Origin: Azolla caroliniana
Lineage: Eukaryota > Plantae > Polypodiophyta
Length of the DNA: 64,000 nucleotides
Direction: 5' to 3'
Assembly: GCA_043228905.1 (NCBI GenBank)
Contig: JBHGNT010000003.1
Location: forward strand, 744,001-808,000
Under the pieces are notes generated by a model, which was given only the letters and a program-made list of their open reading frames with translations, did no database searches and was not told the origin of the DNA. How positions within the stretch are numbered: the stretch's first letter is position 1; each line of letters begins with the position of its first letter. Made by a program: the position numbers and the translations under genes. Below are positions 50,701 through 64,000 of this stretch, one piece after another.

Positions 50701-53700
50701 CTTTTAGGCATGGTCGAAGGTGATAATTCAACTTCTCTTTTTTCTGTTTCCTATTTTTTTCTTATGACTGTTTTTGTTTGAATTTTTTGCATTGAATATT
50801 TATTTATTGGGATTGCTCTGTGGATGTAAGTGCAATGGTCATTCAACTAAATATGGCCTTGTTTTTTTAATGACTAACCATGTATGTCATCTTAAGAGAG
50901 TAACTTAATTGTTCAAGGACATCTTGTTGAGAAATAATTTATAGAACACTGGTTTGTAATACATGCATATTTCATTTCATGTCCTTACATGATGCTTATA
51001 TCTTCATGCGAATTGAAATATGTTGACAGATAGGTAGAGCTATTGATTTTGATCAAACATGTGGTGAAAGCACAGCGACTTTTATTTCAAAAGGGGTCTG
51101 TGAAGAGGTAAACTGCTTTGGTGTCTCTCAGTGATATAGCTGACTTTCTTCGCTTTGGCCATTGTATATGTTATGCTTTACTTCTCCCAAAATTCTGAAG
51201 TATGTTCGTAGTGATAAGATGGAACCCTGTTTCGTTAAAGAAAGGCCCTACTTTGGCTTTGATGATTCTCCTTTAAAAATTTAAGCGCTGGTGTTCTGTT
51301 TTATCAGAGAAAGGTTAAGTTTAATATTACGAATTGACTTCTCCATTTCAGAGAAGTCCTGAATACAGTCTGAATTAGAAGCCAGCCAAAAAATGTGCAA
51401 ACACTCCCAATTGTCTGAACTGTTCTAGTGGAGAGACAAGTCTATGAGATAAAGTGAGAAGAGAAACAAAAAATATGTTCTTCCTCGGATAGCTCATCCA
51501 AAAAATGTTAACTTCCATATTAGTTGTTTAAATAGAAGGCAACTAAACACCAAGGTTTGCTGTCATTGTGGGGCTGCTGAGTCATTACTTTTGTAAAATA
51601 TGAATGTCAAGAACTCACTTTGTTTTGTGACTCATGCAAAATTGAGAAACGTATTAGCTAACATCCTCTCTTTGGTTTGGTGAAATAGGAACTCCTCTTA
51701 CCTAATGCACTATATTTCCAACGTGTTGATGAATAGTTCTTTCATATCTCCATTTGTGGTAATAGCTTATGAATGCCTTGAAGAGTATGGGCTTGTGTCA
51801 TCTCTTTTCAACAGATGCTTGCCCTGTGGTTGTCTGGCACTCTCATTAACCCCCTTTCTCATTCATTCAAGGAAAGAAATTCACAAATATGCATTCATGG
51901 ATACAATATTCTCCTCATGTGTTGTAACTTGTGTGAGTTATATTCCAATAAATGTAGTTGTAAAAACACAAACGTTAAGGGGCCAGACCTTGGCTCATGA
52001 TAAATAAGCTCCTTATTTTTCCTTGTACATCCACATCCATGATATTATCTTTCCTCAATCGCAAATATTATACAAACATGAGCCACTTTGGCAATTATGA
52101 TTTAGAACTTTATAATTAAATAAGAAAACCTAGAAGAATAAATAGGTTCCTCCCTTCATTGCAGCAAATCAATCACGTGGATACCCACAGTGGGCATTTA
52201 TTTTGAGTATCTCTCCTTGTTGTGTAATTAATAGAAATGAACCCAGAATTCAAGATTAAACTAGTTAACAGTTAACAGCTAGAGATATCTCATCAACACA
52301 AGAATATTCCCGAATCTGAGGCCAATCAGCTAGTCAGAAGGTTTGGAGAATCCTATACTACATCCGAGGGGTAATTAACTCATTTGTCTGGCATTAAAGA
52401 ACCATCATCATAAATGAAATATCTATGTCATGAGAGCATGGAGAGTAGAATAAACAATAGAATGCCTTTCAATGGAGACCTTCACCATAAATAGTTTCAT
52501 CTGTTCAAGAATTGTTTCTGTAACTTTATGGCATCATGTCTATCTATTGGTTTTGCCAGCTTGATGAACTGAAGCATATCTATGAAGGATTGCCAGACTT
52601 TTTGGAACAGGTATTCTTTTTTTTTTGTGTGAAGAGGGCAAGTGGAAGGTGCATTGCGTCAGAATTGATGCTTCACAGTTAATCTGGACTGAGTGGATCT
52701 ATATTTACAGACAAGTTTGCATGGAATAGGGACATCAACACTCTCACTACTTGATTTTTCACATTTTTTTGTAGTTACACTTTGTATTAATTTGAAAAGC
52801 TGCAAAAATAAGTTCTGTTGTACATACTTTATAGTGCAACATTGCATCTTGGAGAACATCAAACCAAAAGAAAACCATATTAACATCTTTTAAGAAGCCA
52901 GAATGGCATATAAGACCAATGAAGAGATTGCATCTTACAATGTTTTCTTGTTTTTGAGAACAAACAAAAAAAATACAACTGAACATGTGTTACTAGAGAA
53001 TCTCTTTATCAAGGAAATTAAGATTCTAAATTTAGATAGACTAAGACATTTTTTCTCTGAAAAATATTCAACATGAGCTGCTCCAAGATGGAGCTATACA
53101 CTCGTGTGAGCTTTGTGGCTGGCATAGTCATTTTTCCAAGGACAGAAGGTGGCATGCAATCTCTTACAAGGTCCTCATACGTGTCCCCCCTCATCATTGA
53201 GTCTCTTAGATGGGTTCCTTCAGGTTTCTCTTCATTGAATCCCTCATCATATCATATGCAACACTTCATGCCCTCCATTTTACAGATTTGGGGTTCTTGT
53301 GCGTTGCTCCCATATTCAGGGGCAATGACCTCTCTGTGATGAGATGTATCATGGAGCCATATTTGGAATCCCATGGTACAGATTTTCAGGGAAGTCATTT
53401 GCAAACATTGATTTGGCTGTTTTTGATGCCAGATCTCACCCTTGTTTCTCACGGTAGACCTTGACCTTCTCATTCCATGCAGGCTCTATTCCCAACATTA
53501 TGTTATTTATTGGGGATTTTCCACCTACATTACAGATATTTTTTATGCCATTCTTCCCCCATTCTACAGGCCCATGAGCTGGCATGGCCAGACGTCATGG
53601 TATTGTTATTATCATATAGCATGTAGATTGGTAAAAGTATTTTGATTTGTAAGAAAGATATCATTCCAACACAGTTACACCATTGGTTGCATGTTGCACC

Positions 53701-56700
53701 TAATCACATGTTGCCCGGTGGGGCTTGCATTTGGGTTCTTTCCATCAATTTCCTGGTGGTTTATTTCCAATGGTAGACTGTCCATGTGGTCTATAGGTGG
53801 ATATACTGAATTGTCACTCACGAAATTCATCCCACCTATTTTCCTCTAGAAAGAGTATGATGTGAGCTTGTTCACAACGTGAGGTGTCAATGGTATGCTT
53901 GTGGATCATCAAATTAGAAAAGGAAAGAAGGCCGGCTTTTCTCACTTCCTGGGGTCATTCTCACTCACACCAACTCAGGAGCCTCATCTCATGTTGTTTC
54001 CTCTAGAAAGTGTATGGTGTGAGCTTGTTCACACCATGAGGTGTCATCAGGTTACAAAAGGAAAGAAAGCCAGCCAGCTTACCTCTCTTCCTGGCGTCAT
54101 TCTTTGTCACAATGACACCTGTGGACACATTTGGAGACACCCGGTTCGGTTCGGTTTCTTGGCCTTGAAACCAAACCAAACCATTTATTAATAAAAAAAA
54201 CCGAACCAAACTGTTTTAAAATTTATGAAGCCATTTAAACCGAACCGTTTAGAGCCGAACCGTTAAACCAAACCGTTTAAAGCATAGGAGAAACCAACCG
54301 TTTACGAAAAATTTAAAACCAAACCAAACTAGTTTATCATAAATCAAAACCAAACCAAACCAAACCATTTTTTATTGATATTAATCATTATACTTATTAT
54401 AAATTTGTGTGAGAAAATCATCATAAATTTATTCATCATACTCATCATAAATTTTGTCATCATACTTATTATAAAATTTGTCATCATACTTATCATAATT
54501 TTGGTCATCATACTAATCATAAATTTGATCATCATACTTATCATAATTGATCATCATAAATGAAAAAGAGACTCTACATATAATACATATAAAATTTAAT
54601 AAGTTAAAACAAGAGTTTAAAATTAAAAGTTGAAAGTTATAGCTTATAGAAAATATTTATGAGTATTTTTTAACCTTTAAAGCTTTAAACCGAACCACAT
54701 AAACAGAAACCGATAAGCCGCTAAATCCCTAAACCACTAAACCGGTCAATTCAAAACCAAACCAAACCAAACCAAACCGAACCGAACCGAAATCGATTAG
54801 TAACATTTGAAACCAAACCAAACTGTTTAGTTATCTTTGAACCTATAAACCGTTAAGCCACGGTTTTTTGGTTCGGTTCGGTTTGAGCCGAAACCGGGCC
54901 CATTGCTAGAGACACCTCTAGTCTCAATGATTGCCCACATGTAAGGACCAAAGCATTGGTGACCCATGATATTATTTGGGCGAGCAGCCCCAATAGTGAG
55001 GCATTATTCCAATTAGTGTCACATATCCAAGGGCTTTGGGAAGTCCCTAAGCAAAGCTACTGAAGGGTTGGACTTATGTCATCAAAACAGCTTGCTGAAC
55101 ATGGAGATAATCATTATTAGTACACTGAAATGCAACATGATTTCACCACACTTGTCATTGACAAATAAAGGTCATTATGTCCCACTGTGGCAGGTGCTTC
55201 TCTCGCTTCAGCGATCCATGCCGGAGATCTTTTGAATAGAAAAATTATAATTTATCTGACTTTAGAATCTTACGAGTGTAGACAATGCAATTCTTTAGTC
55301 CCTTTTTTAATTTACTATTTATGTCGTTTACATTTATTTTGGTTTGCTGTTCTCAAAGAGCAGACAATATTTTAAGATGTAATCTCTTGTTTGGTCTTAT
55401 AGAACATTTAGCCTCTCAAATGATGTTAATATTTCTTTCCTTGATTTGTCTCTTGGAGACATTAATATTGGTTTGGCATAACTTCCATTATCATTGATTG
55501 ACAACTGAGATACTCTAGTTAGAGTATGTGTATTTAATAATTGTGTACAATCATCAGAATTAGACCATGTGGCGATTCTGATCATTTTTGGTACACTTAA
55601 TATACAACCCTGTTTTCTGAAAAGGAAAGAAGGATCTGAAGTAGTAATTGTAGGTCAAATCCGCCTATGAGACAAATGTTATTTACAATGCGATGAATTA
55701 TTAGTAATTGTAAGCTATGATCAATTTAAGTGCTGTACTCTCATGAAAATATACAATATGTAGCTCAATCCAACAATTATATGTAGGTTTCAAGTATGTG
55801 ATACCAAGCTTCTGGGGTAATTTATTTTCTAGATAGGGATGCTAGGGGGTTAAGCACCAACTCGTTATCCACAAATAGAGATCTCAATTGGACTCCTGAA
55901 GCTGAATTAGAGTTAAGCAGGATCCCTGGTTTTGTAAGGGGTAAAATCAAGAGAAATACTGAAATATTTGTGAAACAAAAAGGCATTGTAGAAATTACAG
56001 TCAGTGTTATGTATGCAGCCAAAGCAAGCAATTTTAATTCATCATTTGGAATCATTGCTAATAGCATTTAGGTAATACTGTGATCTCCCTTGCCTAGTCC
56101 TTGAGGAGGCAAAGGGATATTGATTCCTAACTGTGTTCCCCAAGTATGTATTTGAATGGTATACTATCAATTCTTTATTTTTTCCATACCAAAAAAATCT
56201 TAAGGGGTAAAGAGGCATCATGATATTGGAGGGAGGGTAAATTGTTCATGTCCAACCACACACACATTTACACATACGACATTTGCTTGCCTAGTAAAGA
56301 TCCAGCCTAAACTGCAAAGGACTTTATTTTCTATTAATATCATATAATAGATATACTTCAGCTTCATAATCTGTAAAGCTATAGAAAACCCATCCATTTC
56401 ATAGGATGTCGACATGCCATATTATGCTGATTGCATAGTAGCGTAACTCAAAATACATGATTCTCGCGCATAGTTTTTGGAAGTTATTCAATTTGAAATT
56501 TATATTTGTAACTTAGATAAACAATTATTGAACTTTAAGAAATTTACAAAGATCTTTTAACATGAATGAGGTTGCATCTGCTGAGCTGGAGAGGCTTCCA
56601 AAGCAAGATTTAAGCAAATATACCGGATCGATCATCTATTTTCCACAGACAGGTTTATTTGGAAAAGGATAATATTTGGGACAACATAATTGTATTGACC

Positions 56701-59700
56701 ATAGTATTCTCGGTGCCTGATAAATGTAAATAGAAAGGAATTTGAACGTAAATTCTAAGAAATCTATGCATTTTCTATATGTGCAGGATATCTAATGCGT
56801 TTAAATGGGAAAAGACTTGCAGACAGTTTGATAAATCTTCCAGATTTTGAGTTTGTGGTAGAACTCTTTTTTTTATCATGTTCTCATTAAAATCATTATG
56901 TCAATGCTGAATTGATCCCTCTGGATCTGCATTAAACTAGATTATCTAACTGCTCAGTTCTACTAATCGCTCAAATGAAGAGTAGACAGCAATGAGAAAA
57001 TCTTATCTGTAGAGCTTGTTAAAATCCGATCCACTGAAGATGTTGACTACTGGTACATAATCAAATAATCATTTTTGCAAGTGGAAAGGAAAATAGAAAT
57101 GAAGTCAAATATTATATAAACGTCTTCAAAAGGCCAAAGTGACCAGTGAGACAAATACAGCCATGTATAAATCATGTAAGCTAAAGAAAAATGGAATTGT
57201 ACATTAACTAGGTAGTTATATGTAACTATCTATGACGAGTGGAATGATATAGAGACCTTGTTCAAAATAAATGCATATGTAGGAGAGTAGAACATGAATG
57301 CATCAGCCCATGAGCAATGTCATAAGATGATGCCATATCGTTATGTGAGGGTAGGTCACTAATATTTACAAAACATAAGTGAAGGGTATATTCACTAATG
57401 TTAGAAAGGGACTACTATGATTGGATAGAAGGAATGATACTTGTGACAGTAGTATCTTTCAAAGTGAAGCATCTAGGGAATTGTGTGTTATCTTGGGGAA
57501 TGGTACTAGTATTTTCTAATGTATGTTTCTATGTGATCATCCGTGTATCCTAGGGTGTTTGGAGCGTGCTAAATGAACTGCTCTGTCAAACAACATTTTC
57601 TTGATCTGCTGGTTTCTGCTTGCTCTGAGGTTCCTGAAATCTGTTTTTTGAATAGACCCTCCTGGCCATCTACTACTCAAGGGAGATTCTCTAAATTCAT
57701 GGATCTCTAGAAAAAACAGCCCCAAACATCAATTGTTATGGAATTCCATGACATGGGAGAATAGTTCAAACCATCTTTGGATCTCATAGTAAAGTGTGTT
57801 GCGCTATATGTAGTGCTCGTCGATCTCTGGCTCAGGGGGTACACCCCTATAGCTGCATGTCTTTATCCATATATCCACATTGTAGGACAATTCCATCGTC
57901 AAAGATGTGCACAGGATGGTCTAATAGAAGGCCGTCTTCGTACTACTCATGCATAGGTTCCTCCATCCCCTAGTCCTTTAGCTGAAGGAGATCTTGCCTT
58001 GAAGTTGTGAATCCCTGGGTAAGTTAATATGAGAGATGGTGCATCCAAGGAGTATTGGAAGGGAAGTGGTTTGTCAATGCTGAAACCATGGTACTATTTG
58101 GGCATCCCAATATGAAGTGTCAATTGATCCTATAATATTTCCATTCATGCTTTAGGATTATTCAATTGTTAGTGCCATATATTTTCCTACGCTTAGTTTA
58201 TAAAAGAATATAACATTAATCTCCTTAGATGAGCAGTGATTAAAATTTGAAATTTCTCATGGACAGTTTTCAAATGGAGCAAATGGTGGTGATGAATTTT
58301 TTTATAGAACAACAAAGACAAAGGAGCTGGATCAAATGTTGGGGGACATACTTAATAAGATTTTGGGTATACAAACGTATTCTACTGTTGATTTCATTTT
58401 AAAAAATAGTCAAGTTCATGTGTTAAGTATTAAGAAAATTGTAGAGGAAGATGCAGTATTATTGTCTGTGCCATATTTAATTCGTTATAAAATTTGTTCC
58501 CATAAGATTTCAGTGTCTTTGCTTCCTCTCTTTTCCATGGAAATTTTAGAAAGTCAAGCATAAGACAACATTTTAAGATGTAATCTCTTGTTTGGTCTTA
58601 TGGCATCTTAAAAGACATCAATATATCTTTACTTCTTTCTCTCCCCTCCCAAAAAAAATAAAAAATAAAAACAAGAAGTTCGAAGAAGAAAAAACAAAAG
58701 CCTGCTCACCGAAAATGAAAGAAAAATGAAGAAAATTAAGTTCGATAAGGAACTTGGAAAACGTTAGGTCTGTTATGGGAAGAGGAGCTAATGTATTGCC
58801 AACTGGACATTGGCATGAGTTAAATTGGAGAACCTGACACCATTCCAAGACTGACATACTAAATGAAATTTGACCCATTCCTTCACTATACATACCTGCA
58901 TGGGCCCATTATGGGGAGGTTTTATTCTATATTTTTTCTACCTTATTTACTCATATTGTAGACATGGAAAGAGAAATTTTGAGGAGTTTGGAGTCCCACA
59001 TAGCAAGATCAACTGGACCACTATTGGAAGTATCTGAGATTGTTGCTGAACTTGATTGGTAATCATAAAAGCTGTTTGTGAACTTTATTGTTGCTGACCT
59101 TCATTTGTTTATTTATTTTATTAAAGTAAAGAAAAACGAAACCTTTGGGAAAGAAATTGAAGATGAATTTTGTCATGAATTATGCAGCCTACTCGCATTT
59201 GCTTCAGTTGCCAAAGACAGCGAGTATATACGTCCTAATTTAACTCGTGATGATGTGTTACAAATCAAGGGTGGAAGGTAAGGTGTCATGTGGATTGCAT
59301 GCCTCCACTAAATGTGATATGTTTACAGATTATTATCTGAGCTTGTAGGCATCCTTTACAAGAGCTCCTATTAGACACTTTTGTGCCAAATGACACTGAA
59401 TCATCTTTCGATAAAGGTTTAGTTGCAAATTTTGTTTTATATGTAGTGGATCCAGTTCCCTTTTTAATTTACATAAAGATACCACGTTCTAATGAGGTGG
59501 CCAAGCTTTTAACTAATGGAATCCTCTCATGGACTCTAGGACGGATAAACATTATTACTGGTCCAAATTATTCTGGAAAAAGTGTGTACGTAAAACAGGT
59601 ATATATCTGCCTGAGAAATGGATATCAAGTATTGTTAAATTTTCATGCATCTATGGAACATTTTGCTTTGGACTATCCCTATTATGAGATTAAACAAGCT

Positions 59701-62256
59701 GGTTGCCAGATTGTCTTCCAAGAATACTGCTTTCACTGCTTTCAAGGAACTCTTTACCAGTTACCTCTGATCATTTTGTACTTCTGAGGGACGTTAATAA
59801 ATCATCAGCATCACTGGATTATTTTATTCTTTTGATCCCATCTCTCTGATAATTTTATTCTTTTGTATGGGTTAGATATCACATCACCTCAATGCTGTAA
59901 TTGGCACAAGAAACATTGCATCACTTTGGAATTAGAATAAATTGGTGCAAACTACATGTTGTGAATCTACGTTTAATTTGAACATCATAAATCTGATCAT
60001 CGGCACAATCTAATCTCCAATTTCGTAGGTTGCTCTGATCATTTTCCTTTCACACATTGGAAGTTTTGTGCCTGCTGAAAAGGTCACAATTGGCATTGTG
60101 GACAGGTAAATCAAAATGAAATTTTGAAGTGTTTTGCATTTAGGCCCTGGTATATATATTGTACTTGTAAATTTGAAAGCTTCTTTCGTTGAGGAAATGC
60201 ATTAATACGTTTCGTGTTAGAATCTTCTGTGCATCTGCTTGTAAACATACTACAAGTATTCCTGAATCAACTTTCATGATGGATCTCCACCAAGTTTCTA
60301 TTATGCTCAGGTTTATACATCCTTCAGGGAATTTACAAATGACAATAGATATATCCTGATTCTCCCAATATTCCAAGTGCTAAAAACTTCCTTTTGCTGC
60401 CTTTCAGAAATAGCACAGGAAAATCATTTTGTATTCTTGATGAGTTTGGGGAAGGGACGCTTACAACAGGTTTTGTTTTGAAATTCTTGCATAAAATTAG
60501 ATTAATTGCAATGAATGATAGAACTTACGGTGTGTTTCTTTTATTTTGTATTACAGATGGTATTGGGATACTCTGTTCAACTTTGACATACTTTGCCCAC
60601 TCTGCTCATCCTCCAAGGGTACAAAAAGTGCAATAAGATATTAGTTTCCTTCTTTATGACATAAGTAAACTATCCCTCATTCTGAATTATTATCTTTAAA
60701 ATTGCCATTTTGTATCATGCATAGTTTATGTTCTTAGCATTTGGCTAGCTTCTATAACTAACCACTCCCATCTACCTTATTGGGTATTCTGATTTGATGT
60801 TTTAAAATTGCCATTTTGTATGATGCATACTTTATGTTCTTAGCATTTGGTTAGCTTCTATAACTAACCACTCCCATCTACCTTACTGGGTATTCTGATT
60901 TGATGTTTTAAAATTGCCATTTTGTATCATGCATACTTTATGTTCTTAGCATTTGGCTAGCTTCTACAACCAACTACTTCTATCTACCTTATTAGCTATT
61001 CTAATTTAACATATTCTGAAAAGTAGTGTTGGTGCGTACCAAGAGGCAATTTCCACTTGGATTAGCAGATGGATGTCCGTTTACCATTTTATAATGCTAA
61101 TACATATACTCCAAAGTATCTTATAATGCTAATATTTCTATCCATGAAGGACATATACTTAGCAGAATGCGCTTTTAAGACCTATCAGAAATTTGGAAAA
61201 CCGTGGTAACCTCAGAAAGAGAGAAAAGGGGATGAAAAAAAAGCATATTGGTGCTCAAATACCACACTTCTCAAAAAAAAGCTTGGGTTTTTTCGGAGGG
61301 TTATTTCCTATTGATTTAATATTGCAGAGAAGAAATATAATGATTGCCATTGAGGATTTTCCATCGTTGTATGGAAGATAATCAAATTTTCTTAATTCTA
61401 TAACTGCAGGTATTTGCTTGCACACATTTCTCTGAGGTGTTTGATGATCTTTGCCTCCCAAAGGTTAAAAGTTTCATTGGGATTTACATTATATACTTTA
61501 CATTTAATGATGCAATTTCCTGACTGTGTTGTATATGCACTTTGCAGACTCAGAACATGTCATTTTATACAATGAGTATCTTGGAGAGGAGTGCCAATAG
61601 CAAAGATGAACAAAACATCACATTTCTCTACAGGTCATCAAATTAATTTATTCCATTTCTGTGGTAATTGCATGAAATCCGATAGATACATAGCATCTTT
61701 TATGTGATGTTTCTTGTTATTGACCCACAGGGGAAAAATGCATTTTGCAGACTTATTTCTGGACATGCTCTTCCCAGCTATGGTGAGTATTCAATATTAC
61801 TATCCTACACATATTTTATAAACTTATATAAATATTATAATGGATTCATTGGCAGGATTGCACTGTGCAGAGCTATCTGGTATTTGCATCCTTTTCTATT
61901 GGTATATTTTGAGAACTTTAACAAATTATGTTCCGCGTGTATCACATTTGTTTGTTTTCTTTTTGAACTTACCACAAACTAGGCATCCCCAATAATGTGG
62001 TGGATCGTGCCTCTAAAATTGTGGGTTTGATTCAAGATGGAAATCCTATTGATCGTATCTCTACCAATAATGTGAAACTTAAAGAAGTGAGCTACAAGGT
62101 ATGTTTTACAATTGTATATTTATTGCACAAAAGATATGTTTTTAGCTAAACCGATTTAATTAACTCCAGGTGCTTATAGAGAAGCTTTTGAGTTTCGATT
62201 GCAAGAATGGGGATGTCAAGTTGTTCCTCCATGATATAATTGCCTCCCACATATAA
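41697..62256 (+). CDS. MSH5: MutS homolog 5 (meiotic crossover MutS-gamma subunit), 34 coding exons, 807 aa
   Basis: Exon model, all GT-AG and in phase (2424 nt): 41697-41729, 43489-43520, 43669-43760, 43876-43956, 44069-44144, 44306-44369, 44817-44971, 45061-45162, 45242-45272, 45357-45388, 45602-45659, 45781-45867, 46279-46335, 46416-46508, 47283-47327, 51030-51107, 52560-52610, 56571-56652, 56787-56857, 58267-58366, 58962-59058, 59188-59277, 59349-59416, 59540-59598, 60029-60105, 60221-60310, 60408-60469, 60557-60618, 61410-61463, 61548-61633, 61751-61782, 61856-61879, 61983-62098, 62170-62256. Motifs typical of plant MSH5: [36 protein letters not shown], Walker [35 protein letters not shown]. 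Confidence 0.96.
47524..47710. repeat. ~100 bp tandem duplication in MSH5 intron 15
   Basis: atgaatatgattgagaatggtgtctcatcaatgagaactacaacataga... occurs twice. Confidence 0.9.
47880..50650 (-). mobile_element. Degenerate non-LTR retrotransposon (RTE-X/L2-like C-terminus), antisense in MSH5 intron 15
   Basis: Minus strand: WYDEEC linker (~50500), [14 protein letters not shown] (QG..LSP motif), LLYAGD (YADD), YLGI, and [12 protein letters not shown]...[18 protein letters not shown] zinc knuckle. Confidence 0.85.
54142..54908. mobile_element. hAT-type MITE with (AACCG/AACCA)n subterminal repeats in MSH5 intron 17
   Basis: 8 bp TSD gagacacc (54134-54141, 54909-54916); right end gggcccattgcta; cggttcggttcggttt and aaaccgaacc arrays; internal 24 bp tcatcatact..ataaat repeats (54380-54560). 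Confidence 0.8.
55800..56150 (-). pseudogene. Small decayed LINE RT fragment in MSH5 intron 17
   Basis: Minus strand FASSRTRQG, resembling the RG.RQG motif, near 56085-56112. Confidence 0.3.
60695..61020. repeat. ~105 bp tandem triplication in MSH5 intron 28
   Basis: tttaaaattgccattttgtat(c/g)atgcata..ttatgttcttagcatttgg at ~60695, 60801, 60907. Confidence 0.9.
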
Positions 62257-64000
62257 TTCATCTCCAAGGGAAAAGGTTTATCGTTCAATTAATTAGAATT
62301 TAGATATCCTTTAAACATCCGTGGGAATAAACCAAATGTGATCTATGGGATGGGGCCTGACCCCATGGCAAGGATCAAACTTGGGTTTTCTCAATTTTGT
62401 TTTGATGCTAAGGCATAAATCATCAAGGCAACAGCCAGAGATGCAAAGTGGGGGGTGCCATACACATGCAGTGCTAACATTTTATCTTAGTTAGAAGTAT
62501 GGTGACATTCTGTCAATCAGGTGGTAAAATGATATCGATGACATGAAAACTGTATGATAATTAGCTATTTATAGTTTGGTGATTTTATCAAAATGCTTCT
62601 CTCAAGTTCATACGACATTGCAGCCTACTGTTCTATTTCAATTTAGATAGATTTCCTCCAAATGAAAATCCTCTTTACATCTAAACATCACTCGTTCATA
62701 GTGTGAAATCTTGATGTCTAGCTATTGATTGAAATCTGGATTTGAAACCTTCAAAAATTTGCAAGTCCTCCCAAAGAAAAGGATTATTTAAAAGCAGTAT
62801 TTTTGTTAGATGTACTGGCGGAAGCTTAAGCTCTCTATGTAGCTCCATGGGAACTTGGTGAGAAGGAAGAAAGAAGATATAGCATGTATGGGACATGGCA
62901 AGCTAAATCCTGCTACCTTTTACGAACACATAAATACCATTGCTTTTGTAAAGTCTTACTTCGAGAAGTATTAGCCTCAACAACTTCAAAACTCTCATGT
63001 GCCTATTTTCATGTACCCGTTTTCACAGTAGATTTTATTATCTCCATATTTTTTGTTTTGAGCTGTTTATGCTATGAGCTAGACGTCATGTTTAGATGTA
63101 GATCTATGTGGTATATTTGTGCCAGTGTTTTAATCAAGCTTTGAATCATATTTAACCATTTAAAATACTAATGGATTCAAACGAAATAACATGGGGAAGA
63201 AGCTCTAGCAAACATTTGTATGACAAAGCAGTTTCTTTCTCAATTGGTGTTCAAAGGTATCTTACAAGAGACATTTGAACAACATTCAAATCTGGAATTG
63301 ATTTGTGTTAGAAGAAGTAATTGTTTTGAATAGCCTACAATAAATTCTTGATGGAACTACCCTCTTTGTCATGATTCATGCTGTGGAGAATTTTCAAGTT
63401 TAAAATATGAGCATATAAGTATTTAACAAATTATAGGAATTTTAATAAACATAAGTTTGCATACTTTTGGCAAGGATTTCAAGCATGCTCACATAGAAGA
63501 CAATTTTGATTTTCAATTTAGTTTATGTTTTTGCTTACCCCACATAAATAAGCAAAGTTGATGTCAATGGATAAGGCATTAGAAATGATTATGACTCGTG
63601 AGTATGACCATGCCTTTCACCATGGATGCACTATTCAAAAAATAGGCAAATAGATAAGCTATTTGACTTTGAATCATAATGCTATGGGGTTGGGTCACGT
63701 CAATCATGAGTTTTTTTACTCCTAGCTAGTAGGACATAATATATGAAAGATAAACAAGTTTGCATCCACATGGCCAATTGTGTAAGGTGTTTGAAATTAT
63801 TTGATAGTTGATGCTCTTTGACACTCATGGACACATAAGGATATAAATAATTTATGAACAATTATTGACATAATTAAGTGAACCACATCAAATAAAAAAT
63901 ATGATCAAGCTAGTGTGAGCCACTTAGGCACCATGAAAATATCTAACAAATTAAGAAGTGGAGCTTTGTCAATCCCCCAAGCAAAACCAATTATCCATTG

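Noticed and set aside
62300-64000. Further gene downstream of MSH5
   Set aside because: Short ORFs without recognisable motifs or a consistent exon chain.

Overview
AT-rich, repeat-dense land-plant nuclear DNA. A non-seed vascular plant (fern or lycophyte) is my inference from the chromovirus, the LINE types and miR169. Host genes: an apparently intact 34-exon MSH5 (41697-62256, +, 807 aa by my exon model, two probable U12-type introns) and a MIR169 hairpin with a long loop (about 27060-27397). Most of the rest is transposon debris: a Ty3/gypsy chromovirus, several L1-like LINEs, an RTE-X-like LINE and hAT-type non-autonomous elements. The most unusual part is a ~7.2 kb nested insertion that splits the chromovirus RNase H domain (about 2494-9742). 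Inside it, ~570 bp inverted arms flank a six-copy array of tRNA-like Pol III cassettes (A-box, B-box, oligo-T, palindrome). The last cassette is interrupted by a ~2.9 kb mostly non-coding element carrying two minimal type I hammerhead ribozymes, a TATA box, direct repeats, a twice-conserved bulged hairpin, a C-rich minisatellite and telomere-like repeats. This resembles a Penelope-like or retrozyme-like ribozyme retroelement. All coordinates were read by eye.
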